DNA of 64,000 nucleotides from Vulcanimicrobiales bacterium (GTDB taxonomy: Bacteria > Vulcanimicrobiota > Vulcanimicrobiia > Vulcanimicrobiales > Vulcanimicrobiaceae), in assembly GCA_038231455.1 (NCBI GenBank), contig JBBRLI010000002.1, positions 64,001 through 128,000 on the forward strand, given 5' to 3'. The position numbers and the translations under genes were made by a program. The notes below the pieces were generated by a model. It searched no databases and had not been told where the DNA came from. It worked only from the letters and a program-made list of their open reading frames with translations. Within the stretch, counting starts at the first letter, position 1. Each line of letters begins with the position of its first letter. Of this stretch, positions 48,790 to 58,929 are shown one piece after another.

Positions 48790-49793
48790 GCCGTGTCGAG
48801 GACGTGTCGTGGTTTCGCGTCGAGGATTCAAGCGCGCCGGGAGCGGTGCGGCGCGCGGCCGTTACGCTTGCCGCGCGACTCGGATACAGCGAGCACCGCA
48901 CGGGAGAAGTGGCGATCGCCGCAACGGAACTTGCGACGAATTTGCATCGACACGCCATCGAAGGGACGATCGTGCTCCGAATTCGGCGCGACACGTTCGC
49001 TGCCGCAATCGAATTGCTCGCGATCGATGGCGGCCCCGGCATCGCCGATCTCTCGGTGTTCGCGCGCGACGGAAAATCAAGCGCCGGGTCGCTCGGCATT
49101 GGCCTTGGCGCTGCGATGCGCCTTGCAACGTGGTTCGATGCCTATTCGCTCCTCGGACGCGGGACGGTCATGATCGCGACCTTTTGGCCGGACGAGCGCA
49201 GCCATATCGGCACGAACATCGCCGGGTTGACCCGCGCAATGATCGATACGGAACCCTGCGGCGATGCGATCGCGCATCGCGAGAGTCCCGAGGTGACGAC
49301 CGTGTTGCTAGCAGATGGACTCGGACACGGAGAACTCGCTGCGGTCGCCTCCCGCGCAGCGGTTCGGGCGTTTGCAATCGATGAGGAGCCGCAGCGCGAT
49401 CCGGTGGCGACGTTACACCTGTTGCACCCCGCCCTCAAGACCACGCGCGGAGCGGCAGTGGGCATCCTGCGGCTCGATTGGGGAAAGCGAGCGATCACCT
49501 TCGCCGGCGTCGGGAATATCGAGGGTTGGGTCGATGATGGCGAGCGGCGTCGATCGCTTGCCTCGACACCCGGCATCATCGGCAGCAACACGCGGAAGAT
49601 CCGAGAATATACGCTCCCGATGCCAACCGCCGGACTCGTCATTCTTCACACGGACGGGTTGACGGGCAAGTGGAATTTGGACGATTATCCCGGGCTGCGC
49701 GGACGCGACCCGCATCTCGTCGCTGCGACGCTGATGCGCGATGCCGGTATCCGAGCGGACGACCGCGGCATCGTTGTCGTGAAGGTCGCATGA
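48777..49793 (+). CDS. HATPase-PP2C fusion (RsbX-like phosphatase)
   Basis: ELATNL..H, D.GPG, G.LG.GLG; CGD, ADGLGHG, HTDG, DD. Confidence 0.85.
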   Translation: METLSRVEDVSWFRVEDSSAPGAVRRAAVTLAARLGYSEHRTGEVAIAATELATNLHRHAIEGTIVLRIRRDTFAAAIELLAIDGGPGIADLSVFARDGKSSAGSLGIGLGAAMRLATWFDAYSLLGRGTVMIATFWPDERSHIGTNIAGLTRAMIDTEPCGDAIAHRESPEVTTVLLADGLGHGELAAVASRAAVRAFAIDEEPQRDPVATLHLLHPALKTTRGAAVGILRLDWGKRAITFAGVGNIEGWVDDGERRRSLASTPGIIGSNTRKIREYTLPMPTAGLVILHTDGLTGKWNLDDYPGLRGRDPHLVAATLMRDAGIRADDRGIVVVKVA

Positions 49794-51046
49794 ACGAGTT
49801 GTTGGCAAAACTGCCGCTGCATTTTGCAGAGCATGTCTTTGAGCTGCGGCATGCGGCGCGTGTCGCGTCGGCGGCGCTTGGATGCGATGAGGCCGATCAA
49901 GTGCGATTCGCGACGGCGCTGAGTGAACTGGGCCGCGAAGCGCTCGCGCACGGCGGCGGCTCGACGGCGGCGATCAGCCTCGAACGCGACGGCGCTCTCG
50001 TCATCGACGTCGGTCACTTCCCGCGCAGCGCGCTCGAGGGCAAGGAGATGACGGGGATCGATGCCGCGCGCAAGCTCGTCGGCGATGTCGTCGTGACGGA
50101 TCGAAAATCGCATCCGACGGTAACGGTAACGCTGCGCCTTGCTCGCACGACCTCCCGGCCGCGCGCCACAGCAAACGATCTTCGCCTAGCGCTTTCGATC
50201 AAAGCCGCGCCGCTCGAAGATCTGCGACTCGAAAACAAAGATCTGATCGCAACGCTCGAAGCGCTCAAGTCCAAAGCGACCGAACTCGTGGCGCTTAACG
50301 ATGAACTCGAAGAAACCAATCGCGGCGTCATGGCGATGTATGACACCGAGCGGATCATCGCGCTGAGCCTGCAACACAATTTGCTGCCCGATGCGGCACC
50401 GACGATCGCCGGGATGGACGTTGCGGTCCGGTATGTGGCAAGCGCCGAGCACGCCGAAGTCGGCGGCGATTTCTACGAAATTTTCACGCTACCCGACGAC
50501 AAGATCGCAATCGCCATCGGCGATGTGGCCGGCCATTCGCTCGAAGCGGCAATGGTGATGGCGCAACTGCGCACGGGCATACGCTGCTATCTTGTGGACG
50601 GCTATGGGCCAGCGCAGACGCTCGCACGTCTCAATCGCCTGCTCTTGCAGTTCCATCCCGAGTGGTCGGCGACGGTCTGTTGCGCGATCTACGATCGTCG
50701 AACGGGCCGGTGCGAGGTTGCCAATGCCGGTCATCACCCGCCGCTGCTGCGCACGCGCAGTGGGATCGACTTTCTTCCGCCCGGCGGCACCTTACTCGGC
50801 GTCGACGCGCCGACCGCACCCGAGCATACCGTGGTGTTGGAAAAAGACGACCTTTTCTTGATGTTTACCGATGGACTCATCGAACGGCGCGACGAGTCGA
50901 TCGATACCGGACTCGCGCGTCTTCGAGCTGCGGTAACCGCGCCCGCCGCGCATCTCGATGAACTGTGCGATCGCGTGCTTCGTGAGGTCGGCCCGGTAAG
51001 CGTTCAAGACGATATCGCGATCGTCGCGATTCGTCCGCAAAACTAA
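49790..51046 (+). CDS. RsbU-like PP2C phosphatase (stressosome output)
   Basis: Degenerate HATPase-like N-domain, coiled coil ELEETNRGV, PP2C VGGDFY, GDVAGH, FTDGL, DDIA. Confidence 0.87.
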   Translation: MNELLAKLPLHFAEHVFELRHAARVASAALGCDEADQVRFATALSELGREALAHGGGSTAAISLERDGALVIDVGHFPRSALEGKEMTGIDAARKLVGDVVVTDRKSHPTVTVTLRLARTTSRPRATANDLRLALSIKAAPLEDLRLENKDLIATLEALKSKATELVALNDELEETNRGVMAMYDTERIIALSLQHNLLPDAAPTIAGMDVAVRYVASAEHAEVGGDFYEIFTLPDDKIAIAIGDVAGHSLEAAMVMAQLRTGIRCYLVDGYGPAQTLARLNRLLLQFHPEWSATVCCAIYDRRTGRCEVANAGHHPPLLRTRSGIDFLPPGGTLLGVDAPTAPEHTVVLEKDDLFLMFTDGLIERRDESIDTGLARLRAAVTAPAAHLDELCDRVLREVGPVSVQDDIAIVAIRPQN

Positions 51047-51762
51047 GTCGGGTCGGCTCCGAGATACGCGGTCGTGACGGCGCGATTCGTCGCAAGTTCG
51101 GCGCCGGTGCCGCCGAGGACGACGCGCCCCCGTTCGAGCACGTATGCGCGATCGGCCATGGCGAGCGCCCGGCGTGCGTTTTGCTCGACGAGCAAAATTG
51201 TCGTGCCCGCAGCACGCAGTTCGGCGACGATCGCAAAGATCTCGGAGACGAGTTTCGGCGCTAGCCCCATCGAGGGTTCATCGAGCAAGAGGAGCCGCGG
51301 TTTGCTTGCCATTGCGCGGGCAATTGCGAGCATTTGCTGCTCTCCGCCGGAGAGCGAGCCCGCCGGTACGCCTCGGCGCGTTTCGAGAATGGGGAAGCGC
51401 TCGTAGAGCGCGGCGACTGTTTTTGCGCGTTCGCTCTGCGGCGTGAGGGCGGCTGCAATGAGCAAATTCTCATCGACGGACATCGCCTGGAGCATGCGGC
51501 GTCCTTCGGGGACGTGCGCGAGCCCTCGGCGCACGATGTCGTGCGGCGCGACGCGACTGATGTCGAGCCCGTCAAAATGGACGCTGCCGCCGCGTTTGGG
51601 AATGACGCTCGAAATCGCGAGCAGCAGCGTCGTCTTTCCCGCACCGTTGGCACCAACGATCGCGCATAGCGTCCCCGCTTCGAGCTCGAGCGAGACATCG
51701 TGGAGAATTTCGACTTTCCCGTATCCGGCGCGCAGGTTCTCAACGCGCAGCAGCTCGCTCAT
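51043..51762 (-). CDS. livF: HAAT-family ABC ATP-binding subunit
   Basis: GANGAGKTT, VPEGRR, LSGGEQQMLAI, DEPSMGLAP. Confidence 0.92.
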   Translation of the reverse strand: MSELLRVENLRAGYGKVEILHDVSLELEAGTLCAIVGANGAGKTTLLLAISSVIPKRGGSVHFDGLDISRVAPHDIVRRGLAHVPEGRRMLQAMSVDENLLIAAALTPQSERAKTVAALYERFPILETRRGVPAGSLSGGEQQMLAIARAMASKPRLLLLDEPSMGLAPKLVSEIFAIVAELRAAGTTILLVEQNARRALAMADRAYVLERGRVVLGGTGAELATNRAVTTAYLGADPT

Positions 51763-52481
51763 ATCGCAACCGTATCCGCGCCGAGGTAAGCTTCGATCAC
51801 GAGCGGATCCACGGCGATCGACGCCGGCGTGCCGCGCGCGATAACCTCGCCGAAGTTCAGCACCACGACGGCATCGCATGCCGCGCGGACGAGCGTCATG
51901 TCGTGCTCGATGAGCAGCATGCCGATGCCGCTTGCGGCGATCGTGCGGATGATACTCGTGAGGCGCGCGGTTTCCACCGGGTTCATGCCGGCGGCGGGTT
52001 CATCGAGCAAGATCACCGTCGGATTTGAAGCCAGCGCACGTGCGATTTCCAGCCGTCGCTGGTCGCCGTAACTGATCGATGCGGCAGGCGCATCGAGGTC
52101 CACTTCGTTGAGATCGACGCGCGCGAGCAGTGCGCGTACCGCACGCTCGTCGAAAACCTTGCTCTGCGTGAATGCACCGGCGCTAACGTTGGTGCGCACG
52201 TCGAGCGCCCCGAAGAGGCGGATGTTTTGATACGTGCGCGCGATTCCGGCGCGCGCGATGCGATGCGGCGCAATGCCGTCGATGCGCTTCCCGCCCAGCC
52301 GGATGCTGCCCGCATCGATGCCGACAATTCCGGTAACGGCGTTGATCAGTGAGGTCTTCCCGGCGCCGTTGGGTCCGATAAGGCCGAGGACGGAACCCGC
52401 CTCGACGGCGAGGGCGACATCTCGCACGGCGGTTACTCCGCCATAGCGCACGGCTACGCCGTCAAGTTCGAGTCCGCTCAT
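51759..52481 (-). CDS. livG: HAAT-family ABC ATP-binding subunit
   Basis: GPNGAGKT, RTYQN, YGDQRRLEIARALA, DEPAAG, EHDM. Confidence 0.92.
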   Translation of the reverse strand: MSGLELDGVAVRYGGVTAVRDVALAVEAGSVLGLIGPNGAGKTSLINAVTGIVGIDAGSIRLGGKRIDGIAPHRIARAGIARTYQNIRLFGALDVRTNVSAGAFTQSKVFDERAVRALLARVDLNEVDLDAPAASISYGDQRRLEIARALASNPTVILLDEPAAGMNPVETARLTSIIRTIAASGIGMLLIEHDMTLVRAACDAVVVLNFGEVIARGTPASIAVDPLVIEAYLGADTVAI

Positions 52482-53305
52482 GATTTCGCGCGCCGCCAAA
52501 GTCCCGCGATCCCTTGCGGAGCAAAGAGGACGACGCCCAGGAGAATCGCGCCATTCGTCACTTCGCGATAGTCCGCAAGAAACCGAATCGTCTCCGGGAG
52601 CAACGTAAGGACGATCGAACCAACAACCGCGCCGATGGCGCTCGTCGACCCGCCGATTACGCACGCGACGAGGATCTGCTCCATACGTCCAAAACCGAAA
52701 TCGGCCGGCGTGATGAAGAAGTTGGAGTGCGCGTAGAGCACGCCTGCGATTCCGGCGATCGCGCCGCCGAGCGCGAGCGTCCAGAAACGGACACCCGCCG
52801 TATCGACGCCCACGCCGCGCGCGGCGGTTTCATCCTCACGCGTAAGGGCGATCGCGAGCGCGAACTTCGTCCGGCTCAGGAGATAGAGCGCGATGCAAAC
52901 GATGATGAGCGCGCCGTAGATGACGAACGTATTGGCATCGGATGGAATCTGCGAGAGCCCCTCGCCGCCACCGGTGAGTTTGAGATTATTTGCAACGATA
53001 CGCAGAATTTCGCCGAAGCCGATCGTCGCAATCGCAAGAAAGACACCGCGCAAACCGCGAACGGGCAGTGCAAGCAGCATCGCTGCGAGTGTCGAGGCGA
53101 GTGCCCCAATCGCGATGCACGGCAGGAGCGGTAGACCCGCGGAGACCGCGAGGATCGCTCCGATATACGCGGCAATGCCCATGAATGCAGCCTGCGCGAG
53201 TGCAAGTTGTCCCGCTTGCAAACAGACCGAAAGCGAGAGGGCGAGCAGCGCGTTGATCGCAAGCTGATCGAACAACTTGGAATGGGAGGTAAAAAACGAG
53301 ATCAT
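52478..53305 (-). CDS. livM: HAAT-family ABC permease
   Basis: GQL.L.QAAF.GI.AY, LRG.FLAIAT.GFGEI, TGG.EG. Confidence 0.9.
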   Translation of the reverse strand: MISFFTSHSKLFDQLAINALLALSLSVCLQAGQLALAQAAFMGIAAYIGAILAVSAGLPLLPCIAIGALASTLAAMLLALPVRGLRGVFLAIATIGFGEILRIVANNLKLTGGGEGLSQIPSDANTFVIYGALIIVCIALYLLSRTKFALAIALTREDETAARGVGVDTAGVRFWTLALGGAIAGIAGVLYAHSNFFITPADFGFGRMEQILVACVIGGSTSAIGAVVGSIVLTLLPETIRFLADYREVTNGAILLGVVLFAPQGIAGLWRRAKS

Positions 53306-54180
53306 GCGGCGCGCAGTGCGCGCTTGCCGAAGAGTCCGCGCGGACGTAAGACCAGGATCAGAAACATAACGCCGAAGGCGATTGCGTCCCGCCAGTTCGA
53401 TGAGATGTACGCAACCGATAGCGTTTCGACCGCCCCGAGAATGAAGCCGCCAACGACGGCTCCCGTAATCGATCCCATTCCGCCCAGAATGATAACCGCA
53501 AGACCCTTGAGTTCGATTCCGGCACCCATGTCGACCGTGACGCTATTATAGTGCAGGCCGGTGAGAATTCCGGCGGCGCCGCCGAGTGCCGAGGCGATGA
53601 AAAACGTCATCGCGATCGTCTTCTCGAGATCGACGCCGAGCAACACGGCGGCAACGCGGTCTTCCGCGACGGCGCGGATGTTGCGCCCGAGTGCCGTTGC
53701 GCGCAAGACGTAACTCAAGCCGAGCATCAAAGCCAGAGCCGCGCCGAACGTCACGAGTTCGACTGTCGTGACGGTAATCGCGCCAAGGTGGATCGGCGGT
53801 GCATCGCCTAAAGCATTGGGAAAATGTCGCTCGTCGATGCCCCAGATGCCGCGCGCGATCGCGCCGATGATGATCGAGACGCCAATCGAGGAAATCAGGG
53901 GAATAAGCGTGCCGGCGTTCCGTCTACGCAGCGGGGCGAACGCAACGCGATCGAGTGCGATGCCCACCAAGCCCGCGAGCAGGCAGCCGCCTAGAAACGC
54001 AAGCCAGAGCGGCACGCCGGCCGCCACGAGCGCATACGTGGCGAATGCCGCGATCATGAAGATCGCGGCATGTGCCAGATTGAGGATGTCGAGTACGCCG
54101 AATACGAGCGTATACCCGACCGCGAAGAGCGCGTAGACGGACCCAACGACGAGCCCGTTGACGAGCTGTTGAAGCAGCAC
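53302..54180 (-). CDS. livH: HAAT-family ABC permease
   Basis: QQLVNGL..GSVYAL.AVGYTLVFG, IRAVAED, ILGGMGS..GA. Confidence 0.92.
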   Translation of the reverse strand: MLLQQLVNGLVVGSVYALFAVGYTLVFGVLDILNLAHAAIFMIAAFATYALVAAGVPLWLAFLGGCLLAGLVGIALDRVAFAPLRRRNAGTLIPLISSIGVSIIIGAIARGIWGIDERHFPNALGDAPPIHLGAITVTTVELVTFGAALALMLGLSYVLRATALGRNIRAVAEDRVAAVLLGVDLEKTIAMTFFIASALGGAAGILTGLHYNSVTVDMGAGIELKGLAVIILGGMGSITGAVVGGFILGAVETLSVAYISSNWRDAIAFGVMFLILVLRPRGLFGKRALRAA

Positions 54181-54183
54181 GCG

Positions 54184-55311
54184 TTATTTAAAGTACGCGA
54201 AGCCGCCTTTGACGATCTGCAATATCACGGGCGCGCTCTTCACGTCGCGGTTGCCGTCAAAGCCAATCGGGCCAAGGACTGTTTTTGCAAGCGGCAGTGC
54301 CTTGAGGCCGCTGCAAATTTCCGCGGGAGTCGTCGCGCCGTTCTTGACGACGGCGGCAATGACTTGCGCGCCCGCATACGCTTGTGCGGCGAACTGATCG
54401 GGATCACCGCCGAAACGTTTTTTATAGCGTTCGACGAACGCTTTGTTGCCGGTGTAGTTCGCACCGATGAACCATGCTGCGCCGACGGCCGTGCCGGCGG
54501 CACCGGGTCCCGCGTCGTTGTAAATCGTCGGTGAGTTGAGGCCGTTGCCGCCCATCAGGTGGCCCGTGTAGCCGAGCTTGCGCGCCTGTGCGATGATCTT
54601 CACGCCTTCGGGTGCGAGCGCGCCGATCACGATGAGATCGGGCTTCTTGTCGTTGATCTTCGTGAGCTGCGCTTGGAAGTCGACGTCTTTTTGGTGGAAC
54701 GTCTCGGTGTCGACGATCTGCACGCCGGCCTTATCGAGTTGCTCTTTGAAGATGTCGCCGTTGGTTTTGGTAAAGGCGTTATCGTCGCCGTAGATGATCG
54801 CGGCGGTTTTATACTTCCACGATTTAAGCGTCTTTTTGATCGTCGTCGGAATCACTTGCGCCTCGGAGAGTGAGACCCGATAGACGCACGAACCAAGCGA
54901 CGTGATGCCGTCGGCGGTCGTCGAGGTGCCGAGCACCGGGAAATTTGCTTTGACAGCGATCGGGTCGGCTTTCTTTGCTTCGCCCGAGAGTGTCGGCCCA
55001 AGGACAACGGCGCTGCCGTCGGTCGTGAACTTCTGCATGAGCGTTGCGACTTGGTTACCGTCGCTTGCCGCATCTTGCACCTCAAAGGACAAGTTCGCGC
55101 CGCCCGCATCGATGAGACCGCTTTTGATGTCGTCGTTTGCGAGCTCGTAGGCGTTCTTCTGCGGCGTGCCGTACACGCCGGCGCCGCCGGTAACATCGGC
55201 GATCACACCGGCCTTAACGGTCTTTCCGGCGGCGGGGCCTTTGCCGGCCGCAAATGCGGGCGTCGTGAGTGCGAGTGCCGCAATGGCGGCGATCGAGAGA
55301 AACGTACGCAT
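54184..55311 (-). CDS. livK: HAAT-family ABC substrate-binding protein
   Basis: Sec signal; TG.A..YG, GPTLS, DF.AQLTKI, PDQFAAQAY. Confidence 0.9.
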   Translation of the reverse strand: MRTFLSIAAIAALALTTPAFAAGKGPAAGKTVKAGVIADVTGGAGVYGTPQKNAYELANDDIKSGLIDAGGANLSFEVQDAASDGNQVATLMQKFTTDGSAVVLGPTLSGEAKKADPIAVKANFPVLGTSTTADGITSLGSCVYRVSLSEAQVIPTTIKKTLKSWKYKTAAIIYGDDNAFTKTNGDIFKEQLDKAGVQIVDTETFHQKDVDFQAQLTKINDKKPDLIVIGALAPEGVKIIAQARKLGYTGHLMGGNGLNSPTIYNDAGPGAAGTAVGAAWFIGANYTGNKAFVERYKKRFGGDPDQFAAQAYAGAQVIAAVVKNGATTPAEICSGLKALPLAKTVLGPIGFDGNRDVKSAPVILQIVKGGFAYFK

Positions 55312-55339
55312 AGAGCCTCCAATCGAGTGGGAGTTTCGC

Positions 55340-58036
55340 TTAGGCGCGGCTTGCGGTGCTCCCCGCTAGTTGTCCCGTCTCTTCGGCGAAAAGCATCTGC
55401 CGCTCGCTTTCGAGATCGTGGGTCGATTCGACGGAGCGCAAACTCTCGTTGCTGTGATAGTCGATCAGCATGGACATCTCTTCAAAATTGCCGTGCATGG
55501 CAAAGGCGCGCTGCCCTTCGCTCGTTGCCTCGCGCTGCGCCTCGGAGAGCGTGTCGATGATGCTCTCGGTAAATGTGTCGATGCGCGCGAGCGCTGCCTC
55601 GGCGAGCCCCGCCTGCTTTGCGCTCCGCTCCGCTTCGCCGACGCCCGAGGCAATCGCGGTTGCCGCGGCCTTGCCGCGGCCGTCGAGATCGGCGAGGACG
55701 CCGCGCATCTGCTGCGTCGAGGCGCGCGTCTTGTCGGCAAGGCTGCGAACTTCGGTTGCGACCACCGCAAAGCCGGCGCCGTGATCGCCGGCGCGCGCCG
55801 CTTCGATTGCGGCGTTGAGCGCGAGCAGGTTGGTGCGGTCGGAGACGCCCCGGACCAGCGTGATGATCTCGCCGATCTGCCGCATGAGCGCGCCGAACTG
55901 CGTGAGGGCGTGACGGCTCTCCATCGCCATCGTTGCGAGCGTCGAAACCGCCTCGGCGAGACCGCGGACGGTTTCGCGCGTCGCGTGCACTTCATCTTGT
56001 GCCGTCGCGAAGCGCATCAGGAGATCGGTAAAGTCGTTCGCGATCTGCGTGTTGCGTTCGGCCATCTGCGCCGAGCGCTCCCCGAGTTCGAGCAATCGCG
56101 GCGTTTGTTCTTTCCCATGCATCGCCGACTCCGTCGCGGAGGTACGCACGGCGGAAATCGCCGTGTCGATCGCCTCGATGATGTCGTGAATTTGAAATTT
56201 GCGACGTGCGGCGCGCTGGGCTTCCTGGGATTGCGGCCGATCGATCTTGTGTGCGTCGCCGCCGAGCAGCAGATCGTAAATGTCATCGGGAAAAAGCGGT
56301 TGCATCCGTTCCCAAACGAAGTGACCCGCGCGCGAAAATGCGCCGCGCTCGGCTTCGGTGAGGTCGCGGACCTCCATCGTCTTGCGCAGTTCCGCAAGCG
56401 CGTGTTCCTCTTCGTCGTGCGCGATCGCGCGATGCCACGGAATCACCTCGGCCATCGTATCGATGACGAGCGCGCGGTCTTCCTCACCCAGGCGTGCTAG
56501 CGTTTCGCTGTTTGCGAGCACGACTTGCGTGTTGTAGGTGTGCGCGGTGAGCGTGAGGTGGCGCTGCACTTCGTGCAGCTTGGCGCCGTAAATGTTGGCG
56601 AGCGGATTTTCTTGCCCGTCGAGAGCACCCGTCTTGAGGGCTTCGTAAACGCCCCCAAATGGCATGACTTTCGGTGCGGCGGAGAACGCGTGCATCAGCG
56701 CAAGATAGACGACTGAGTCCTGAATGCGCATGCGCATTCCGCGCACGTCCGCCGGCGTTGCAATTGCGCGCGAGGCGCTCGTCATGTGGCGGATGCCGTT
56801 CTCGAAATACCCCATGCCGGTAAGGCCGAACGGTTCGAACGCCGAGAGGACGCGCGCGCCGAGCCCGCCGTCGAGAACGCGATGTGCGGCGCTCGCGCTC
56901 GGAAAAAGAAACGGCAGATCGAAGACTTGCGCGAGCGGAAGGAGCGAACCCGCGATGTATGTCGTGACGCTCACGAAATCGAGTTGACCCGAGCGCACCT
57001 GCATGAGCATCTCGAGTTCGCTTCCGGCGAAAGGCACCTGGAGTTCGACGGTGATGCGTCCGCCGGTGCGCTCGCGAACCTGTTGCGCGAAGCGCTCCCA
57101 TGCGCGCGACGGCGGATAGCCCGGCGGTAATTGCGTCGCGCAGCGTAAGGTCGTGATCGCTTCATCGCGCGGATGCGCGGGGCGCGAGAAATACATGATC
57201 TCCGCGCCGTAGTAGGCGAGGCGCTGCGTCGAAAACGCGGCTTCGATCGCTTGTCGCCCTTGGGTCTCGGCGATTTGCGCGAGCGTTTGCGTTTCGCGCC
57301 CGATCGCCGTCGACGTCTCCGCGTGGGCGCGGCCGATCGCAACCGATTCTTGCAGTGCGCGCATAACGTCTTGCGCGAGTGCTGCGACGCGTTCTAGGGA
57401 CGAGCGCGCGGCGATTGCGATCGGTGCGGATTTTGCGGACCGCTCGGCCGATTCGCGCACGGAGGTGATGGTGACTTCGGCTTGCGCTTGAATCTGTTCG
57501 ACGAGTTCTTTGATCGCATGCGTCGAGTCGCTGGTCGCCTTCGCCAGTCGTCCGACCTCGCCCGCGACAACCGCAAAGCCGAGTCCGTGCGTACCCGCGC
57601 GCGCCGCTTCGATCGCGGCGTTGAGCGCGAGAAGCTGGGTTTCGTCGCTCACGTCCTCGACGAATTCGGTCATCTGCCCGATCTCGCCCATCAGTCGACC
57701 GAAATCGTCCATCGCGGCAGCCGTTCCGGTTGAAAGTTCGGCGAGCCGCTGAACGGACGAAAGCAGTTCCTCGACGATGTGTAGCGAGTCGGTGAGATCG
57801 CCCGATGCGCTGCGCGCATCCGCCTGCGTTGCCTCCAGACGCGCGACCGTTGCGGTTGACTCCTCAGCGAGTAAACCCGCCGATTCGGCGAGTGCGGCCA
57901 TGAGCATTGTCTGTTCTTGGGCGTTTGCTGCAATCGATTCGGAAGCGGTACGTACGGCATCGGCCGATGTCGCTAGCGACTGCGCGAATTCATCGAGACG
58001 CGGAATATCGGGCAGCAAGTCCAGGACGATCGACAA
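55340..58036 (-). CDS. soluble chemoreceptor with two MCP signalling domains flanking a TRAP DctP-type domain
   Basis: Two tips ([24 protein letters not shown] and [24 protein letters not shown]) around [23 protein letters not shown]; no TM segment. Confidence 0.88.
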   Translation of the reverse strand: MSIVLDLLPDIPRLDEFAQSLATSADAVRTASESIAANAQEQTMLMAALAESAGLLAEESTATVARLEATQADARSASGDLTDSLHIVEELLSSVQRLAELSTGTAAAMDDFGRLMGEIGQMTEFVEDVSDETQLLALNAAIEAARAGTHGLGFAVVAGEVGRLAKATSDSTHAIKELVEQIQAQAEVTITSVRESAERSAKSAPIAIAARSSLERVAALAQDVMRALQESVAIGRAHAETSTAIGRETQTLAQIAETQGRQAIEAAFSTQRLAYYGAEIMYFSRPAHPRDEAITTLRCATQLPPGYPPSRAWERFAQQVRERTGGRITVELQVPFAGSELEMLMQVRSGQLDFVSVTTYIAGSLLPLAQVFDLPFLFPSASAAHRVLDGGLGARVLSAFEPFGLTGMGYFENGIRHMTSASRAIATPADVRGMRMRIQDSVVYLALMHAFSAAPKVMPFGGVYEALKTGALDGQENPLANIYGAKLHEVQRHLTLTAHTYNTQVVLANSETLARLGEEDRALVIDTMAEVIPWHRAIAHDEEEHALAELRKTMEVRDLTEAERGAFSRAGHFVWERMQPLFPDDIYDLLLGGDAHKIDRPQSQEAQRAARRKFQIHDIIEAIDTAISAVRTSATESAMHGKEQTPRLLELGERSAQMAERNTQIANDFTDLLMRFATAQDEVHATRETVRGLAEAVSTLATMAMESRHALTQFGALMRQIGEIITLVRGVSDRTNLLALNAAIEAARAGDHGAGFAVVATEVRSLADKTRASTQQMRGVLADLDGRGKAAATAIASGVGEAERSAKQAGLAEAALARIDTFTESIIDTLSEAQREATSEGQRAFAMHGNFEEMSMLIDYHSNESLRSVESTHDLESERQMLFAEETGQLAGSTASRA

Positions 58037-58048
58037 GGGCAGGGCTCC

Positions 58049-58855
58049 CTAGGCACGGACCAAGTGCGGACGGAGCAAACGCATAAACGCGCCAAAACGC
58101 GTGTCGTTCACATCGCTTGATTCGAGCCCGGTATATACGACGAGGACGTAGCGCTCGCCGCTTTCGAGCTCCAAGATACCACCGTCGTGCGAGACCTCAT
58201 CGGTGTCCCCCGTTTTGTGCATGAAGCGGTCGCCGGCGCAGAGGCCAGCCGGGAGCTTCGATTGCCAATACTGGTCGGCAAGCGTTTGGCGCAAAATTGA
58301 GGCGCCGGGGATGCGGCCTGCGTCGATCGCCTCGAAGAGGGTCGCGGCGTCACGTGCGGAGTGGGTGTTGCGACCGGTCGCCTCGGGGTCGTCGATGAGC
58401 GGCAGCGCGCCGGAGAGCTTGCGGTGGATCTCCGTTTGTTCGAGTCCAATGGAAGCGCAGAAATCCGTCGCGCGCGCGCGGCCGACGATGTCGATGAGGA
58501 CGTTGGTTGCCACGTTGTCGGAACGCGAAAGCATCAACTCGACGAGCTCCGCGACGGTCGCAACGTATCCCGCCTTCATCGGCGAGGGAGCGTCGTTGAC
58601 CGTCATGTTGTCCGGGCCGACTTCGAAACGCTGGCCCCACCAAAGCCGCTTGCTAGCTACGTCGCTCGCCACGGCTGCCGCCAAGGGGGTTTTGATCATG
58701 CTGGCCGGGTAGAGCGGGCTGCCGTTGTCTAAGGCCGCGCGGACGGGGGTTGCGCCCTTGAGGCACGCGAGGTAGATCGTCGCGGTTTCGAGACCCGCGG
58801 AGGCACTCAGGAGGGCGAGGGTCTCCGGTCCTACCACGCGGATCGGCCGATGCAA
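58049..58855 (-). CDS. class A beta-lactamase-like serine hydrolase
   Basis: ASMIK (SxxK), SDN, HKTG, HD.G motifs; no clear signal peptide. Confidence 0.85.
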   Translation of the reverse strand: MHRPIRVVGPETLALLSASAGLETATIYLACLKGATPVRAALDNGSPLYPASMIKTPLAAAVASDVASKRLWWGQRFEVGPDNMTVNDAPSPMKAGYVATVAELVELMLSRSDNVATNVLIDIVGRARATDFCASIGLEQTEIHRKLSGALPLIDDPEATGRNTHSARDAATLFEAIDAGRIPGASILRQTLADQYWQSKLPAGLCAGDRFMHKTGDTDEVSHDGGILELESGERYVLVVYTGLESSDVNDTRFGAFMRLLRPHLVRA

Positions 58856-58860
58856 GTAGA

Positions 58861-58929
58861 AATGCGTGTAAGCACTTGCATTCGAGCGGAGCGAGCGCTA
58901 TGATTTGAATGCAAGTACTCACACGCATT
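58861..58929 (+). promoter_or_regulatory. sigma70-type promoter flanked by two inverted operator-like sites (probable TetR sites)
   Basis: TTGCAT(58876)-17bp-TATGAT(58899); AATGCGTGTAAGCACTTGCATT (58861-58882) and AATGCAAGTACTCACACGCATT (58908-58929) are near-exact reverse complements. Confidence 0.7.

Noticed and set aside
58049-58855. Functional beta-lactam resistance gene regulated by the BlaIR module
   Set aside because: No signal peptide, no obvious omega-loop ExxLN, about 24 kb away and lacking the operator motif.
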